Of a stretch of DNA of 64,000 nt, positions 30,501-40,677 are shown one piece after another (within the stretch, counting starts at the first letter, position 1; each line of letters begins with the position of its first letter). The stretch is from contig CAMYKU010000009.1 in NCBI GenBank assembly GCA_947259105.1, forward strand, positions 1,333-65,332. The letters run 5' to 3'. This DNA comes from an uncultured Alphaproteobacteria bacterium (GTDB taxonomy: Bacteria > Pseudomonadota > Alphaproteobacteria > UBA8366 > JADFVY01). Made by a program: the position numbers and the translations under genes. The notes under the pieces are model-generated. The model saw nothing but the letters and a program-made list of their open reading frames with translations, was not told where the DNA came from and searched no databases.

Positions 30501-30742
30501 CGGCCAACTCCGTGCAGGGCATCATGGGGGAAATCCCGCTCCTCGGCCTGTTTCTGGGCGATGGTCTGATCGCAACCAACTTCGTGGTTTCCGGACCGTT
30601 GGACAAACCGGACGTCAATCCGCAGGAGGCGACGACGTTGCTGCCCGGATTTCTTCGCAAGTTGTTTCGGGCCGAACCGGCGGATGGCGACGTGAAGGCA
30701 GGCGACAAACCCGGCGCCGAATCTCCGCGGGTTCAGGACTGA
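27569..30742 (+). CDS. YhdP/AsmA-like large envelope protein (DUF3971 plus AsmA-like C-terminus)
   Basis: 1057 aa, N-terminal TM anchor, long beta-rich body. The C-terminal GEIPLLGLFLG...NFVVSGPLDKPDV resembles the AsmA_2/YhdP end. TTG start. Confidence 0.65.
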   Translation: MVRRTSLILTELLAMLFAGLIALGGIAAFLLHTGPVSLDFMTPHLEAMLNDEDGGFVVDIDRTVAVWAGWRDAIDIRATQVSVTTPEGVALARIPELSLGLSVRALVHGRLAPTSLDAIGPRIRVIRSETGEFVFGLTDTETLRPEAGAQDAAAPEQDSRAVIRFLIAELLADELDRSGPFGYLQRVSVLDGQIAFEDRVAGRYYRAPNTDVVLLKGGSGITGEAKLSVQYGSRQADLSVDLAVARDQSYRAAATFQQVDPAAFAPSIPQLAGLTAIKMPLSGEISVRGNFDGPVDEIGFDLLGGTGRLELHEVYREPLDVSSLRIVGAVTENLSAVRLDQAIVGLGEATVYAEGSVVPDGGGRLISLEAHLESLPINELHRYWPAWTQPPAHHWVASNIVDGTVDEGAVTVVLRIGGPEEERRVSLPVLEGTLAFTGLSVHYRRPMTPIVGADGTATFNQQGFAFTIAAGSLANDIVVSEGTVDIVNMHEKTETRLIIDAKAEGSLAAALRVLDEEPLHYGAKMGFDPSKMDGNGESTLHFELPLVREINGSMLEVGVEARLRGVVAEGPFGIAVTDGELDLDVTRDEMRVAGGVRLNGVPAALIWDENFENREQFKRRFTVKASTDDTGRLALGLPDLSYWLQGPVEAELIYTIRERQPAKLAVRGDLGAALVKVDEAGWRKEPGAAGTGVVEGTVPADGGLVFDSLRVETADMKADLALEFLRDLSDVSRVTIRKALFRGSDVTGEITLRDEGGYRIDVKGPRLDVRHFLTVGDAANGTPEQDEAAAPFTIKAGFEEATTAEDRRMYATSFTGKYDGQNWESAILTAKLDEGANFELVYGRGERGYELQVESQDAGQALRTLDWWGEIQGGSLVIRAYRTSVAGPLTGTFEVQDFRMTEAPAGLKLLQLVTVIGLPAAMEESVPFVGMEGAFTYENGVLTLGEVEAWGPVGIHVNEGGWFDFNKRRMKLVGVVVPANSVQGIMGEIPLLGLFLGDGLIATNFVVSGPLDKPDVNPQEATTLLPGFLRKLFRAEPADGDVKAGDKPGAESPRVQD

Positions 30743-30754
30743 TCCACTCGACAG

Positions 30755-32008
30755 TCAGGTCGGGCGCACCAGCGCGTGCCGCTTCTTTCCCGCCGAGAGT
30801 TTGATCACGCCGTCGGCGTTGATGTCAGCCGACGTGACCTGGGCAGTCTCTTCGCCGATCGCCACGTCGTTCAGCCGAGCGCCACCGCCCTTGATCAGCC
30901 GCCGGGCCTCGCCGTTGCTGGCCGCGAGGCCGGCGCGACGGATCAGCTCGTATGCCGGCACACCGGCTTTCAACTCGCCGCTGTCGACCGCGATGGCCGG
31001 CAGGTCCTCGGCGATGACGCCCTGCTCGAAGGTCTTGCGCGCAGTCTCGGCCGCCGCGGCCGCTGCGGCCGCTCCGTGGCACAACTTCGTTGCCTCGCCG
31101 GCCAGGATCTTCTTCGCCTCGTTGATCTCGGCGCCTCCCAGCGCCTCCAGCCGGCCGATCTCGTCCAGCGGCAGATCGGTGAACAGCCTGAGGAACCGGC
31201 CGACATCGGCGTCCTCGGTATTGCGCCAGTACTGCCAGTAATCGTATGCGCTCAGCCGCCCCTCGTTCAGCCACACCGCCCCGGACGCCGTCTTGCCCAT
31301 CTTCGCGCCCGACGAGGTGGTCAGGAGCGGCGTGGTCAGCCCGTAGAGCTGCCTGTGGTCGCATTTGTGGGTCAGCTCGATGCCGGCCACGATATTGCCC
31401 CACTGATCGGAGCCGCCCATCTGCAGGACGCAATTCCGGCGGCGCGACAACTCAAGGAAATCGTATGCCTGCAGCACCATATAGTTGAATTCGAGGAAAC
31501 TCAGCGGATGTTCGCGCTCGAGCCGCAGCTTGACCGACTCGAACCCCAGCATGCGATTGACCGAAAAATGGCGGCCATACTCGCGCAGGAAGGGAATGTA
31601 TTGCAAATCGTCCAGCCATTCGGCGTTGTCGACCATCGCCGCGTCGGTCGGGCCATCGCCAAAAACCAGGAAATTTTCGAAGATTCGCCGGATGCCCCGG
31701 ATGTTGGCGTCGATCTGGTCGTCGGTCAAGAGCTGGCGCTGCTCATCCTTGCCCGAGGGGTCGCCCACTTTCGTGGTGCCGCCGCCCATCAGGACGATCG
31801 GCTTGTGCCCCGTGCGCTGCAGCAGCCGCAACAGCATGATCGGCACCAGGCTTCCCGCATGAAGCGAATCGGCGGTGGCATCGAAACCGATATAGGCCGG
31901 GATCGGCCCCCTGGAGGCGAGCTCGTCCAGCGCCTTCTCGTCGGTGCACTGATGCACGAAACCGCGCTCGACTGCGGCTTTAAGGAAATCCGAACCTGGG
32001 CTGGTCAT
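30755..32008 (-). CDS. tyrS: tyrosine--tRNA ligase
   Basis: HIGH-type [14 protein letters not shown]-type KMGKT, C-terminal S4 domain. Confidence 0.9.
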   Translation of the reverse strand: MTSPGSDFLKAAVERGFVHQCTDEKALDELASRGPIPAYIGFDATADSLHAGSLVPIMLLRLLQRTGHKPIVLMGGGTTKVGDPSGKDEQRQLLTDDQIDANIRGIRRIFENFLVFGDGPTDAAMVDNAEWLDDLQYIPFLREYGRHFSVNRMLGFESVKLRLEREHPLSFLEFNYMVLQAYDFLELSRRRNCVLQMGGSDQWGNIVAGIELTHKCDHRQLYGLTTPLLTTSSGAKMGKTASGAVWLNEGRLSAYDYWQYWRNTEDADVGRFLRLFTDLPLDEIGRLEALGGAEINEAKKILAGEATKLCHGAAAAAAAAETARKTFEQGVIAEDLPAIAVDSGELKAGVPAYELIRRAGLAASNGEARRLIKGGGARLNDVAIGEETAQVTSADINADGVIKLSAGKKRHALVRPT

Positions 32009-32282
32009 GGTGATCGTTCGTTCAAATTAATGGGCGGCTTGCCGGCGGGCGCTCCGTTTATCACAATCGCCCGCCATCGACAATGAGGACCGGGCAACAA
32101 CCGGGAACGGATTATCTACGCACGCCGTCGACGGAAAACCGAGCGGCGGCCCCGCCGACCCCGGGCGGCACATTGTTCAAATGCGCGCGTTAACCAATTC
32201 CTCATTAACTATTTTCAAGTAATTTCCGGGTAGTCTCGCTGGAGGACGCAGGGGCGCAGATACGCAATTAAGGCGGCAGGAC

Positions 32283-32942
32283 ATGACAGCTTCGAGAGTA
32301 AGGCCGGTTTCCCGGAAGCCTTTTACCGCGGAAATCCAGCAGCGGCGGGATCTCAGGGTCAGCAACGAGCAGATCCTGCATGAGATCAAGTCCCTTGAGG
32401 GCCGGCTGGAAAAACTGGCAGTGGGCAACATCGAGCTGGACGGTGCGACGCCCGGCACGCTCCTGGATCAGGTCGAACGGACCAAGAAGGAAATCGCAAC
32501 GCTCATTACCCAGAACACCAAGGACGACAGGCTTGCGACCGCGGCGCGCGAACTGCAGGCCGTTGTGCGTGCGACCGAGGGCGCGACCTTTACGATCATC
32601 GATATCGCCGAACGGGTCGACGAGTTGCTTCACGATCTGAAGTCGCATACCGGCGATTCCACGATCGTCGCGACGGCGGACGAAATTGCCGAGACGACCA
32701 CCGATCTTTACGAGGCCTGCAATTTTCAGGACATTACCGGCCAGCGGATCAAGAAGGTGGTCAACACACTCCAGTTCGTCGAAGAGCGGCTGGTCGCAAT
32801 GATCGAGATCTGGGGCGCCGACACACTGGCCGTAACCGAGCATCCGTCGAAAGTCCGCGGCGGCGAGGAAAAGCTGCTTCAGGGACCGCAGATGGAAGAG
32901 GACGCGATCGCCCAGGAAGATATCGACAAGTTGTTCGAATAG
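32283..32942 (+). CDS. cheZ: CheZ-like protein phosphatase
   Basis: ACNFQDITGQRIKKV matches the CheZ catalytic FQD(L/I)TGQ motif. Coiled-coil N-terminus and acidic C-terminal EEDAIAQEDIDKLFE (CheY-binding-peptide-like). Confidence 0.7.
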   Translation: MTASRVRPVSRKPFTAEIQQRRDLRVSNEQILHEIKSLEGRLEKLAVGNIELDGATPGTLLDQVERTKKEIATLITQNTKDDRLATAARELQAVVRATEGATFTIIDIAERVDELLHDLKSHTGDSTIVATADEIAETTTDLYEACNFQDITGQRIKKVVNTLQFVEERLVAMIEIWGADTLAVTEHPSKVRGGEEKLLQGPQMEEDAIAQEDIDKLFE

Positions 32943-32971
32943 CTCGGAGTTCCAGCCAGTCAGCGAAATCG

Positions 32972-32999
32972 CGGCGCCTCCGGACGGCGCCGTTTTCTG
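32972..32999 (+). terminator. intrinsic terminator after cheZ-like gene
   Basis: cggcgcc (32972-32978), loop tccggac, ggcgccg (32986-32992), followed by TTTTCTGT. Confidence 0.6.
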
Positions 33000-33069
33000 T
33001 ATCCGCCGGTCCGCCGGAGGCGCGCCGCCACGGCGCAATCATGTCAGCGTCACGTCGTTGTGCGGCGCT

Positions 33070-33723
33070 TCAGCGGGCCGTCGTCCTTTCCGGCGCTGCG
33101 GCCAGATAGGCGGCGACGCTGGCGTCGAGCTCGGCCAGCCGGTTCGAGAAGAAATGGTTGGCATCCGGAACGATCTGGTGCTCCACGTTGATGCCGCGCT
33201 GATGATTCAGCTTGTCGACCAGCTTCTTGACGGAATCGACGGGCACGATTTCATCCTTGTCGCCGGTGATCACCAGGCCGGATGACGGGCAGGGCGCGAG
33301 AAAGCTGAAATCGTACAGGTTCGCCGGCGGCGCGACGGAAATGAATCCGGTGATCTCCGGCCGGCGCATCAGCAGCTGCATGCCGATCCAGGCGCCGAAG
33401 GAAAATCCGGCGATCCAGCATTCACGGCTGTTCTGGTTGTACGACTGGAGCCAGTCCAGCGCAGAGGCCGCGTCGGACAGTTCGCCCTCGCCCTTCGTGA
33501 AGGTGCCCTGGGACCGCCCGACGCCGCGAAAATTGAAACGCAGGCAGGCAAACCCGCGTTTCACGAAGATGTGGTACAGCGTATAGACCACCTTGTTGTT
33601 CATGGTCCCGCCATGCTGCGGGCTGGGATGAAGCATCAGGGCAATCGGGCTGTTGGGTGCCGGGCCGGGATGATATCGCCCTTCCAGCCGTCCTTCGGGA
33701 CCGTTGAATATGACTTCTGGCAT
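33070..33723 (-). CDS. alpha/beta hydrolase
   Basis: 217 aa with nucleophile elbow GFSFGA and C-terminal DKDEIV / NHFF (Asp/His). Confidence 0.75.
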   Translation of the reverse strand: MPEVIFNGPEGRLEGRYHPGPAPNSPIALMLHPSPQHGGTMNNKVVYTLYHIFVKRGFACLRFNFRGVGRSQGTFTKGEGELSDAASALDWLQSYNQNSRECWIAGFSFGAWIGMQLLMRRPEITGFISVAPPANLYDFSFLAPCPSSGLVITGDKDEIVPVDSVKKLVDKLNHQRGINVEHQIVPDANHFFSNRLAELDASVAAYLAAAPERTTAR

Positions 33724-33832
33724 TGTCCTTACCGTATCGTGTGGCGTGTCACGCGGTTGGTTTAATTCTGATTAAAACACTGGGATTTTCGCCTATATAT
33801 CCCAGAAAACCTGCTTTATTTCCCGTAGTATC

Positions 33833-33860
33833 TTGACTGTCTTTGTAAGAAATGTATATC
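33833..33860 (+). promoter_or_regulatory. candidate cysE promoter TTGACT-N16-TATATC
   Basis: Read directly in the AT-rich divergent region. It lies about 110 nt upstream of the cysE start. Confidence 0.35.
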
Positions 33861-33972
33861 CTTACCCGGAAACGGTTATTCCAGCCACCCGTCGTCATGC
33901 GTGGTCGGTGGCGCTGTGGGTGTGTTCTGCGGCGATGAACGGCCGCAGCATAATAAACGGATGGACGGCAAA

Positions 33973-34752
33973 ATGTTCAAGTATTTGAATGAAGAAATCA
34001 ACGGGATGATGCAGCGTGACCCGGCGGCACGTTCGCGGCTGGAAGTCGTGCTCTGCTATCCCGGTTTCCACGCCATCGTCTTTCATCGGATCGCGCACCC
34101 CCTGTGGACCCGCGGCTGGAAGGTTCTGGCGCGGTGGATTTCACAGGTCGGCCGCTTCATGACCGGTATCGAAATTCACCCGGGCGCGCGCATCGGCCAC
34201 AGTTTCTTTGTCGATCACGGCATGGGTGTGGTGGTGGGCGAGACCTCGGTGATCGGCGACAATGTGACGCTGTATCATGGGGTCACGCTGGGCGGTGTCG
34301 CGCCGTCGGTCGATTCCGACAGCCAGCGCGACCAGAAGCGCCACCCGACGCTGGGCGACAATGTGATCGTTGGCTCCGGCGCCCAGGTGCTTGGGCCGAT
34401 CACGGTCGGCCACGGCGCGCGAATTGGCGCCAATGCGGTTGTGACCAAGGACGTCGAATGCTGCGTTACCGTGGTCGGCATCCCCGCCCGGCAGGTCTCG
34501 AAGGTGGCGGTCGAGGAGAATTTCGAGCCCTACGGCACGCCGATGGGCGATCTTCCCGATCCGGATGCGCATCTGATCGATGGGTTGCGCAAGCAGATCG
34601 CCGAGTTGCGCGGCCAGATCGGCGAGGTGGCGCTGCTGCAGGCGCGGACCGACGAACTCGAGCGCGAGCTTGCGGCGGTCGAGGAGCGGTTGGGTCCGGT
34701 CAATATGCCGCGCCGGGCGAAAGCCGTCGCCGCGGCGGAAACCAAGAATTGA
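33973..34752 (+). CDS. cysE: serine O-acetyltransferase
   Basis: [22 protein letters not shown]-terminus. Hexapeptide-repeat core [44 protein letters not shown]. An alternative start is at 33961. Confidence 0.85.
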   Translation: MFKYLNEEINGMMQRDPAARSRLEVVLCYPGFHAIVFHRIAHPLWTRGWKVLARWISQVGRFMTGIEIHPGARIGHSFFVDHGMGVVVGETSVIGDNVTLYHGVTLGGVAPSVDSDSQRDQKRHPTLGDNVIVGSGAQVLGPITVGHGARIGANAVVTKDVECCVTVVGIPARQVSKVAVEENFEPYGTPMGDLPDPDAHLIDGLRKQIAELRGQIGEVALLQARTDELERELAAVEERLGPVNMPRRAKAVAAAETKN

Positions 34753-34807
34753 CGGGTAATCACAGGCGGTTCGCCGCCATTTTGAGAGATTTCGGGAGAA
34801 CAAACCG

Positions 34808-35296
34808 ATGCGGTTGAGTACCAAGGGACGATACGCCGTCATGGCGATGGTCGATCTGGCAATGCACAGCGACGGCAAGCCGATCGCGCTGGCCGCGATT
34901 GCCGAACGGCAGGAGATTTCACTGTCTTACCTCGAACAGTTGTTCGCGCGTCTCAAGCGCAACGCGCTGGTCAAGAGTGTGCGCGGCCCGGGCGGCGGCT
35001 ATCTCCTGGCGCGTGGGGCGAGCGGGACGCGGGTCTCCGACATCATACTCGCGGTGGACGAGCCGATCCGCGCCACCCGCTGCGATCCGAATTCGCCGCA
35101 TGGCTGTACGAGCAGCAAGATGCGCTGCGCGACGCATGATCTGTGGGCCGAACTGAGCAACCAGATCCACCTGTTTCTCAATTCGGTCACGCTTGTCGAC
35201 ATCGTCGACCGCCGCGTCCTCGGGGCAAGCGGCAGGTTCATGGGCAATGACGCGACCGCGAGCCCCGTCCGGGCGATGGTCGACGCCGCCGAATGA
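34808..35296 (+). CDS. Rrf2 family transcriptional regulator (IscR-like, Cys-ligand cluster present)
   Basis: MRLSTKGRYAVMAMVDLA winged-helix N-terminus. Candidate cluster ligands in RCDPNSPHGCTSSKMRCATH. Confidence 0.85.
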   Translation: MRLSTKGRYAVMAMVDLAMHSDGKPIALAAIAERQEISLSYLEQLFARLKRNALVKSVRGPGGGYLLARGASGTRVSDIILAVDEPIRATRCDPNSPHGCTSSKMRCATHDLWAELSNQIHLFLNSVTLVDIVDRRVLGASGRFMGNDATASPVRAMVDAAE

Positions 35297-35320
35297 CCTG
35301 CGGCAGGGCGGCCGTCCGTT

Positions 35321-36439
35321 TTGACTGTCGAGAGTCCCTGCTACCTGGATCATAACGCGACCGCGCCCCTGCGCCCTCAGGCTGCGCAAGCGATGGCGTC
35401 GGTCTTTGCCCAATACGGCAATCCATCTTCGGTTCATTCATTCGGACGCGCCGCCCGGCGTATCGTCGAGGATGCCCGCCGGCACGTCGCCGCGCTGGTT
35501 TCGGCCCGCCCGGAGGATGTCGTCTTCACCAGCGGCGGCACGGAGGCCAACAATCTGGCCTTGCGCGGCGCCGGCCGCGCGCGGATTCTGGTTTCCGCGG
35601 TCGAACACCCCTCGGTGCTGGAGGCGGCGGACGGAATTGAGACCATCACCGTGGACAAGTATGGCGTTGTCGATCTTGACGCCTTGACCCGAATGCTGGC
35701 CGAAGACGACGCGCCGGCGTTGGTTTCCGTAATGCTCGCCAACAACGAGACCGGTGTGATCCAGCCGGTCGCGCCAGCCGCGGCATGGGCACGCGAACAT
35801 GGCGCGCTTGTGCACTGCGACGCGGTCCAGGCGGCGGGACGGATACCGCTGGACATGGCGGGGTTGGGTGTCGACCTGCTCACCCTTTCGGCACACAAAC
35901 TGGGCGGGCCAAAGGGCGTCGGCGCGCTGATCGTGGGGGACGATGTGACGTTGTCGCCGCTTTTGCGTGGCGGCGGGCAGGAACGCGGCCGCCGCGCAGG
36001 TACCGAAAACGTCAGCGGTATCGCGGGTTTCGGCGCGGCGGCGGCGGCCGCGCTGTCGGAGATCGAACAAGCGCGGGACCTTGCAGTGCTGCGCGATTCC
36101 CTCGAGGAAGGCCTGCTTCGGAACATTCCCGGCGTGCGCGTTGTAGGCGCTGGAATCGCCAGGATTCCCAATACGAGCTGCATAGCCCTGCCCGGGGTTT
36201 CCGCCGAAACCCAGGTGATGGCGCTCGACCTTGCCGGTTTCGCGGTCAGCGCCGGTTCGGCCTGTTCCTCGGGCAAGGTGAAGGCCAGCCATGTACTGCA
36301 GGCCATGGGCCTGACGGAAGAGATCGCCGGCTGCGCAATCCGCGTCAGCCTCGGCCGTGGCAACATCGAGGCGGATATCGATGCTTTTGTTGCCGCATAC
36401 AGGGAATTCGCCTCCCGCGCGCGAACGTCCGCAGCGTAG
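35321..36439 (+). CDS. cysteine desulfurase (NifS/IscS-like, class V aminotransferase)
   Basis: YLDHNATAP, PLP lysine SAHKLGGPKG, active-site loop GSACSSG. TTG start. Confidence 0.85.
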   Translation: MTVESPCYLDHNATAPLRPQAAQAMASVFAQYGNPSSVHSFGRAARRIVEDARRHVAALVSARPEDVVFTSGGTEANNLALRGAGRARILVSAVEHPSVLEAADGIETITVDKYGVVDLDALTRMLAEDDAPALVSVMLANNETGVIQPVAPAAAWAREHGALVHCDAVQAAGRIPLDMAGLGVDLLTLSAHKLGGPKGVGALIVGDDVTLSPLLRGGGQERGRRAGTENVSGIAGFGAAAAAALSEIEQARDLAVLRDSLEEGLLRNIPGVRVVGAGIARIPNTSCIALPGVSAETQVMALDLAGFAVSAGSACSSGKVKASHVLQAMGLTEEIAGCAIRVSLGRGNIEADIDAFVAAYREFASRARTSAA

Positions 36440-36510
36440 CCGGATCGATACGCCCCGCATTACCCCGTTCGGGGTGCGACAATCTGGACCAATGCGTATC
36501 TGTTTTTCAC

Positions 36511-36554
36511 TTGAAATCAGGACCGAACTGTATATATTTTAACTGGACTAAAAT
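36511..36554 (+). promoter_or_regulatory. candidate suf promoter TTGAAA-N16-TATATT overlapped by palindrome ATTTTA-N7-TAAAAT
   Basis: -35 at 36511-36516 and -10 at 36533-36538. The palindrome at 36536-36554 spans the -10/+1 region, directly upstream of the Rrf2-type suf regulator gene. Confidence 0.4.
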
Positions 36555-36572
36555 AGTATGGTATTATAAATC

Positions 36573-37031
36573 GTGTTCAAAATCAGCAGAATGACGGATT
36601 ACGGGGTCGTGGTCATGGCCCAGCTGGCCCAGGCGACGGACGCGGTGGTCACCGCCCCGGACATCGCCAGTGCGGCGGGTCTGCCGGCGCCGACGGTCGC
36701 CAAGATCCTGATGCGCATGGGGCGGGGCGGCCTCGTGACCTCGCAGCGCGGCATCCATGGCGGCTACGCGCTGTCCCGTCCGGCCGAGGAGATCAGCGTC
36801 GCCGACATCATCGCCGCGCTGGAAGGCCCGGTGGCGGTGACGGCCTGCGTGGATGGCGCCTCGGGCGAGGCGTGCACGGTCGAAAGCCTGTGCCTGATCC
36901 GTGGCTGCTGGGACCGCGTGAATGCGGCCGTGACGCGCACCCTGGCATCGATGTCGCTGGCCGAGATCGCCGCGCCACCGAACTTCATCGATCTTCCGCC
37001 TGCGCCGCGGCGCGAAACCGCCGATGGTTGA
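36573..37031 (+). CDS. Rrf2 family SUF-system Fe-S cluster assembly regulator
   Basis: MFKISRMTDYGVVVMAQLA N-terminus, Cys-rich segment TACVDGASGEACTVESLCLIRGCW, position directly before sufB. GTG start (alternative ATG 36591). Confidence 0.8.
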   Translation: MFKISRMTDYGVVVMAQLAQATDAVVTAPDIASAAGLPAPTVAKILMRMGRGGLVTSQRGIHGGYALSRPAEEISVADIIAALEGPVAVTACVDGASGEACTVESLCLIRGCWDRVNAAVTRTLASMSLAEIAAPPNFIDLPPAPRRETADG

Positions 37032-37067
37032 ACACATAGCCTGCACGAGTTTACCGGGAGAAACGGA

Positions 37068-38522
37068 ATGGCGGTGACGCCTGAAACCATCGACCAGCTA
37101 CGCTCCGTCACGGACGAGAAGTACAAGTACGGCTTCGTTACGGACATCGACGCCGACGTTGCGCCGAAGGGGCTGAGCGAGGATATCGTTCGTTTCATCT
37201 CCGCCAAGAAGGAGGAGCCGGAATGGCTGCTCGATTGGCGGCTGAAGGCGTATCGCGCCTGGCTGGAGATGGAAGCGCCCGAATGGGCCAAGTTGAACAT
37301 CGCTCCGATCGACTACCAGGACGCCTATTACTATTCGGCGCCGAAGATCGGGGATGGGCCGAAAAGCCTCGACGAGGTCGACCCGAAACTTCTGGAGACC
37401 TATGAGAAGCTGGGCATTCCGCTGAAGGAGCAGGAATGGCTGGCCGGCGTCGCGGTCGACGCCGTGTTCGACAGCGTCTCGGTCGCCACCACGTATAAGG
37501 CGAGGCTGGAGCAGGAGGGCATCATCTTCTGCTCGATCTCCGAGGCTGTCAAAAACCATCCCGACCTGGTGAAGAAGTATATCGGCTCCGTGGTGCCGTA
37601 TACGGACAACTATTTCGCGACGCTGAACAGCGCGGTCTTCACCGACGGCTCCTTCGTCTACATTCCCAAGGGCGTGCGCAGCCCGATGGAGCTGTCGACC
37701 TATTTCCGCATCAACGCACAGAACACCGGGCAGTTCGAACGCACCCTGATCATCGCCGAAGAGGGCTCGTACGTCAGCTATCTGGAGGGCTGCACGGCGC
37801 CGCAGCGCGACGAGAACCAGCTCCACGCGGCGGTGGTCGAGCTGGTCGCGCTGGACGACGCCGAGATCAAATATTCGACGGTGCAGAACTGGTATCCAGG
37901 CGACGAGAACGGCGTCGGCGGCATCTACAACTTCGTCACCAAGCGCGCGGCCTGTCGCGGCAGGAACTCCAAGGTGTCCTGGACCCAGGTCGAGACCGGG
38001 TCGGCGATCACCTGGAAATATCCGAGCTGCATCCTGCAGGGCGACAATTCGGTGGGCGAGTTCTACTCGGTCGCCATCACCAACAACCGCCAGCAGGCGG
38101 ACACCGGCACCAAGATGATCCATCTCGGCCGCAACACCAGCTCGACGATCATCTCCAAGGGCATTTCCGCCGGGCGCGCCGACAACACCTATCGGGGCCT
38201 GGTGCGCATCCAGCCGAAGGCCGAGGGCGCGCGGAACTACACCCAGTGCGACAGCCTGCTGATCGGCGACAAATGCGGCGCCCATACGGTGCCCTATATC
38301 GAATCCCGCAACCCCTCGGCCAAGGTCGAGCATGAGGCGACGACGGCGCGGATCAGCGAGGACCAGCTGTTCTACTGCCGCCAGCGCGGCATTTCGCAAG
38401 AGGAAGCGGTATCCCTTATCGTCAACGGTTTCTGCCGCGAGGTGATGCAGCACCTGCCGATGGAATTCGCCGTCGAGGCGCAGAAGCTGGTCGGAATCAG
38501 TCTGGAGGGCAGCGTCGGTTGA
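37068..38522 (+). CDS. sufB: Fe-S cluster assembly protein SufB
   Basis: 484 aa. The conserved SufB N-terminus YKYGFVTDI and the C-terminal region are recognisable. Confidence 0.9.
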   Translation: MAVTPETIDQLRSVTDEKYKYGFVTDIDADVAPKGLSEDIVRFISAKKEEPEWLLDWRLKAYRAWLEMEAPEWAKLNIAPIDYQDAYYYSAPKIGDGPKSLDEVDPKLLETYEKLGIPLKEQEWLAGVAVDAVFDSVSVATTYKARLEQEGIIFCSISEAVKNHPDLVKKYIGSVVPYTDNYFATLNSAVFTDGSFVYIPKGVRSPMELSTYFRINAQNTGQFERTLIIAEEGSYVSYLEGCTAPQRDENQLHAAVVELVALDDAEIKYSTVQNWYPGDENGVGGIYNFVTKRAACRGRNSKVSWTQVETGSAITWKYPSCILQGDNSVGEFYSVAITNNRQQADTGTKMIHLGRNTSSTIISKGISAGRADNTYRGLVRIQPKAEGARNYTQCDSLLIGDKCGAHTVPYIESRNPSAKVEHEATTARISEDQLFYCRQRGISQEEAVSLIVNGFCREVMQHLPMEFAVEAQKLVGISLEGSVG

Positions 38523-38559
38523 CGCGGGCCGCCACAACGAAACGGAGTCGAGGAAGACA

Positions 38560-39318
<759 letters not shown>

Positions 39319-39330
39319 GGACGGGTTTCG

Positions 39331-40677
39331 ATGGCCAAAGAGATGATCAAGGATTTATCCCTCGCCGCGGGCTTCGAAGAGGCCGCGCCGCGCCTGCCGG
39401 GATCGGACGTCGCCTGGCTGGACGCCCTGCGTGCGCAGGGCATCGCGGCGTTCCGGAGCAACGGCCTGCCGACCCGCCGGGTCGAGGCCTGGCGCTACAC
39501 CAATCTGAACGCGCTGGCCAAGGCCGGCTTCGCGCCGGTCCGCGGCGACGCCGAACTGGACGCGGTGCCGGATGGCGCTGCGCTCGCCCTTGGCGATGCC
39601 TGCCGCATCGTGCTGGTCAACGGGCGGCTGCGGCACGACCTGTCGAGCCTCGACCAATTGCCGGACGGCATTGCCGCCGTCGGGCTTGCCGAACTGCTGC
39701 GCCGGTCTCCGGCGGATCTGGAAGATCTGATCGCGCCGGCGCCGGAGGGACGTGACGGGGTGCTGGCGGCACTGAACGACGCGTTCATGGAAGACGGCCT
39801 TGTGCTGCAGATCGAGGCCGGCGTCAGCGTGGATACGCCGATCCATCTGGTGTCGATCGGCGTGCCCGTTGCCGGCCAGGCCGTCGCCTTCCACCCGCGC
39901 AACCTGATCGTCGCCGGAGCGGGCAGCCGCAGCACCCTGGTCGAATCGCATATCGGCCTGGGCGAAGGCTCCTACTTCTCGAACGGTCTGACCGACGTCA
40001 CCGTGGGCAAGGGCGCGACCCTGACCCATGCGAAGCTGCAGGACGAGGGCGCGGCGGCGTTCCATGTGGCGCTGGTCCGCGCGAGGATCGCCGACGAGGC
40101 GGTTTACGACAGTTTCGTCCTGCACCGGGGCGGCGAACTTGCGCGCCATGAAACTCATGCCTCGATCGAGGGCAGCGGCGCCGAATGCCGCCTGAACGGG
40201 GCCTATCTCGGCACCGGGCGGCAGCATATCGACAACACCACGGTGATCGACCACATGGCGCCGGGCAGCCAGTCCAGCGAAGTCTTCAAGGGTGTGCTGG
40301 CGGGCCATGCGCGCGGCGTGTTCCAGGGCCGGATCGTCGTTCATCGCGATGCCCAGCAGACCAACGGGCATCAGCTCAACAAGACGCTGCTGCTGTCGCG
40401 CGATGCCGAGATGGATACCAAGCCGGAGCTGGAAATCTACGCGGACGACGTGAAATGCAGCCACGGCGCCACGGTCGGCGAGCTCAGCGAGATGGAACTG
40501 TTCTATCTGCGCACCCGCGGCATCGACGAGGCCACGGCCCGGGACATGCTGGTCTCGGCCTTCCTGTCGGAGGCGGTCTCGGAACTGCGCGACGAGACGC
40601 TGGTGTCGGCGTTTGCAGAGCGTATCGCCGGCTGGGTCGAGGCGCGGCATGAGGACCGGACGGAGAAGGCGGCATGA
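39331..40677 (+). CDS. sufD: Fe-S cluster assembly protein SufD
   Basis: 448 aa SufB/D family C-terminal domain (KPELEIYADDVKCSHGATVG), positioned after sufC. Confidence 0.85.
   Translation: MAKEMIKDLSLAAGFEEAAPRLPGSDVAWLDALRAQGIAAFRSNGLPTRRVEAWRYTNLNALAKAGFAPVRGDAELDAVPDGAALALGDACRIVLVNGRLRHDLSSLDQLPDGIAAVGLAELLRRSPADLEDLIAPAPEGRDGVLAALNDAFMEDGLVLQIEAGVSVDTPIHLVSIGVPVAGQAVAFHPRNLIVAGAGSRSTLVESHIGLGEGSYFSNGLTDVTVGKGATLTHAKLQDEGAAAFHVALVRARIADEAVYDSFVLHRGGELARHETHASIEGSGAECRLNGAYLGTGRQHIDNTTVIDHMAPGSQSSEVFKGVLAGHARGVFQGRIVVHRDAQQTNGHQLNKTLLLSRDAEMDTKPELEIYADDVKCSHGATVGELSEMELFYLRTRGIDEATARDMLVSAFLSEAVSELRDETLVSAFAERIAGWVEARHEDRTEKAA

Noticed and set aside
32190-32209. TTAACCAA ... TTAAC upstream of the cheZ-like gene, reminiscent of CtrA boxes (TTAA-N7-TTAAC or TTAACCAT).
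   Set aside because: The spacing between the two TTAA elements is 11, not 7, and the half-site has a mismatch. A single degenerate half-site in an AT-rich promoter is not evidence.
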